From Takakia lepidozioides (lineage: Eukaryota > Plantae > Bryophyta): a DNA stretch of 64,000 nucleotides. The first letter of the stretch is position 1, and each line of letters starts with the position of its first letter. The stretch covers positions 6,510,001-6,574,000 of the forward strand of contig CM060734.1 in assembly GCA_030704615.1 (NCBI GenBank), in the 5' to 3' direction. Of this stretch, positions 61,842-64,000 are shown in pieces. The position numbers were made by a program, and so were the translations under genes. The notes under the pieces were generated by a model. The model did not search any database and was not told the origin of the DNA. It worked only from the letters and a program-made list of their open reading frames with translations.

Positions 61842-64000
61842 GGGGGCTGCTATTTCATGAGCAGCATGAGCATGAGCGGGAAAAAAAAAGCATGAGCGGA
61901 CCATTGTGTGTCCACGGAAATAGGGTTAGGAGGCACGGAAATAGGGTCATATGAAGTTGGAATTTGGCACCAGTGGACTCATCATAGCAATGAAATGCAA
62001 CATTTTATTGCAAATTTTGTGGCAAGCCACATCTATACAAGTGTGTCCTAACTGTCATAGCCGGAATGGGCACTACTCTCCTACACCCTCCGAGGAACTT
62101 GCCCCACCTTCCTCCTCATCCCCCTCATCCCCCCCATCCTCTGAGCTATGAGATGCATCAGTTCCACTATGCCTCTCAAAAATACCGTCCTCTCCTTGGG
62201 GGACTGTCCACCTCACTTCCTGGGAATGTTCTGCCTCTTCTCCCCCACTTTCCTCAGCAGAATCCAAGACAAATCTACGAGCCTGACGGGCTCTAATAGC
62301 TGCTACCTCCTCCCTCATCTTCATTTTCTTGAGGTTTGCCCCGTCTAAAATCTGTTGTACACGACTAGGTTCGGAAGACCTCCTAATTGACACCGAAGCA
62401 AGCCGGGCAGCATAAGTAGGAAGGATTTAGTCCCTTTCTGGACTCGGCATGAAATCCCCCCTGGCAAAAAAAGGCACGTTCCTCCTGCCCATAAACTGCG
62501 GTGTAGACGTCCCTCCTGCAGTACTTGGCATCCTACAGTAAGAACAAATCCACTTCAAGAATGTCAATACCAGCAGAAGCACAAAGGCTCTTTCAATGAA
62601 ATAAGAGAGCGAAGGGAGGTGCCTCACGAAATCAGGAGGCAACTTACAATGCGACCACTCACTCGTAAACCGGGGGCTCCTCGGCCTTGATCCCAACTTA
62701 TACCTCCCCCTACTCCTTGTCGGATTCTTCCTCATCCTCCGAGGATGCCTCTTCCTCTTTCGGCAGACGTTCAGCCGTTGCAAGTTCGGAGTTGTGGAGG
62801 GCAATATCTGGCTTGAAGGCGAAGACATGCTTGTCGGACAACGTCCCTGCCCACATTGAAGCACCTGATGGACAAAGCGGGCAGTTAGTAGCATGCGGCA
62901 TGCAATTGCAATCGGGCCAGGGGACAAACTGTGCACGTGAAGGCTTACCCGTGCCGCATGTGAGGTCAAGAATCCGCCCTTGGACATCCGAGCACGTCTC
63001 CATGAGGGTTTGGATGAAAGCAGGGCTCCGGGTCCGGCTGTACCGCCACGGTTTGCCTGTCTTTGTGTCCTTCGGGATACTGGAGTGGGGCACATAGTTG
63101 TAAAGGACATCGTAGGTAACAGGGTCCACAGCGGCATCAACTAGACGACCGTCGTTGCAGAATTTGAACGTAGACCCTCTCTTCACAAAACAATATGCCT
63201 CAAACACCAATGTCTGCACATCCAACAAAAGAAGGATCAACTCCAGGGTCTAGTTCAGATACACCACAATATGAAGTGAATGCAATAGATTGATAACTTA
63301 CACTTTGGCCCTCTGTTTGCAACCCTGCGTATTTGATGTAGAACCATTTTTTGAGGAGGACCAGGGTGACACTTTTCGGTGTCCACCTTGCCACAACATT
63401 GTATGTGGTCTTCCCTCTTGTGGCAAGGACCACAATACATCCACCGTCATCCAGGAGCATCCCCGCCAGCCCAAACCCGGCTCTCCAGTAGTCCTCAGTA
63501 AACCTGTTCCAGGTGGGCACACCATCCAAGCCCTCCAGTAGCTCCCCATCTGGAATATCGAGGAGAATCATATCGCAGGCTCTCTCCACCTCGACCCCCC
63601 CCCCCCCCCGAGTGCTCTTGCAATCCGTGCTCACAGCCGTGAAGAATTCCATCATGGATTCGAAACCAGGGGTGTCTTTAGGCTCTGTACTGGGAGCCCT
63701 CTTCTTGGCTTTCCCCTTCAGCTCCTCCAGAGACTTGTTGTGTGCCACCTTCTTCGCCCTGGCAGCCAGAGCGTCAAGGAAGCTCTCATTGACACATTGG
63801 TTGGGGGTTCTAGCTTTGGCCTCTGCGGAAACGTCACTGCCGAATACCGCCATGTAGGCTTGCCCTCAAATGCCAACTTCATGGCAGAGCCAGTCCCAGT
63901 CCGAACTGACTTGGGAACCCGGACGACCGGTGACTTGGTACCAGCAGCAGCAGTCGCAAGACCTTGCACAAAGTCGTCGTCGGAGTCACTCCCTTGGGGC
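61842..64000. mobile_element. Second member of the TIR DNA transposon family, opposite orientation, runs off the window
   Basis: Starts GGGGGCTGCTATTTCATGAGC (exact reverse complement of 21715-21735), with CATGAGC repeats. Subterminal GTGTCCACGGAAATAGGGTT matches 21615-21633, and the last exon is homologous to 18137-18260. Confidence 0.85.
62073..64000 (-). pseudogene. Spliced cargo gene with beta-class N4/N6 DNA-methyltransferase-like domain (3' part only)
   Basis: CDMILLDIPDG (motif-IV position) precedes RSPAFIQTLMETCSDVQGRILDLTCGTG (motif X-I). Removing the 84-nt GT-AG intron 62865-62948 gives ILDLTCGTGASMWAGTLSDKHVFAFKPD, matching VLDPFxGSGTTxxAAxxxxRxxIGxExD. Confidence 0.72.

Noticed and set aside
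45258-64000. Bacterial restriction-modification genes or contamination
   Set aside because: The DNMT is embedded in a retroelement polyprotein, the amino-MTase-like gene has GT-AG introns within a TIR element, and no endonuclease partner is seen.

Overview
Eukaryotic, most likely non-seed-plant (inference from the TE families), repeat-rich DNA made almost entirely of nested transposons. No host housekeeping gene, RNA gene or true CRISPR array is recognisable. Nesting reconstructed from termini and target-site duplications: an intron-containing CACTA/EnSpm transposase (1-2590, with a SET-domain gene and subterminal-type repeats at 51.4-53.6 kb probably belonging to it) is interrupted by Ty3/Gypsy element B (2591-51390). 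B contains sister element A (3913-29596, TSD CCACC) and, inside its 5' LTR, an unrelated Gypsy element C (37288-50877, TSD AACC). C encodes a C5-cytosine methyltransferase inside pol and a PHD finger, has unusual split terminal repeats, and hosts rearranged element D. Element A hosts a 13.3-kb TIR DNA transposon (8464-21735) encoding a GCM-like/DDE/SWIM Mutator-like transposase, a spliced ParB-like (DGNHR) protein and a head-to-head pair of unknown paralogues. It also carries about 28 copies of a 22-bp palindrome (GGAAATGCGG-YR-CCGCATTTCC) spaced every 52-53 bp. A relative of this DNA transposon begins at 61842; its equivalent gene shares the last exon but carries a beta-class N4/N6 DNA-methyltransferase-like domain. 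The ParB / amino-MTase / phased-palindrome transposon family is the best candidate for an undescribed system. Domain calls come from motifs read by eye, not database searches. Many frameshifts may be sequencing errors.
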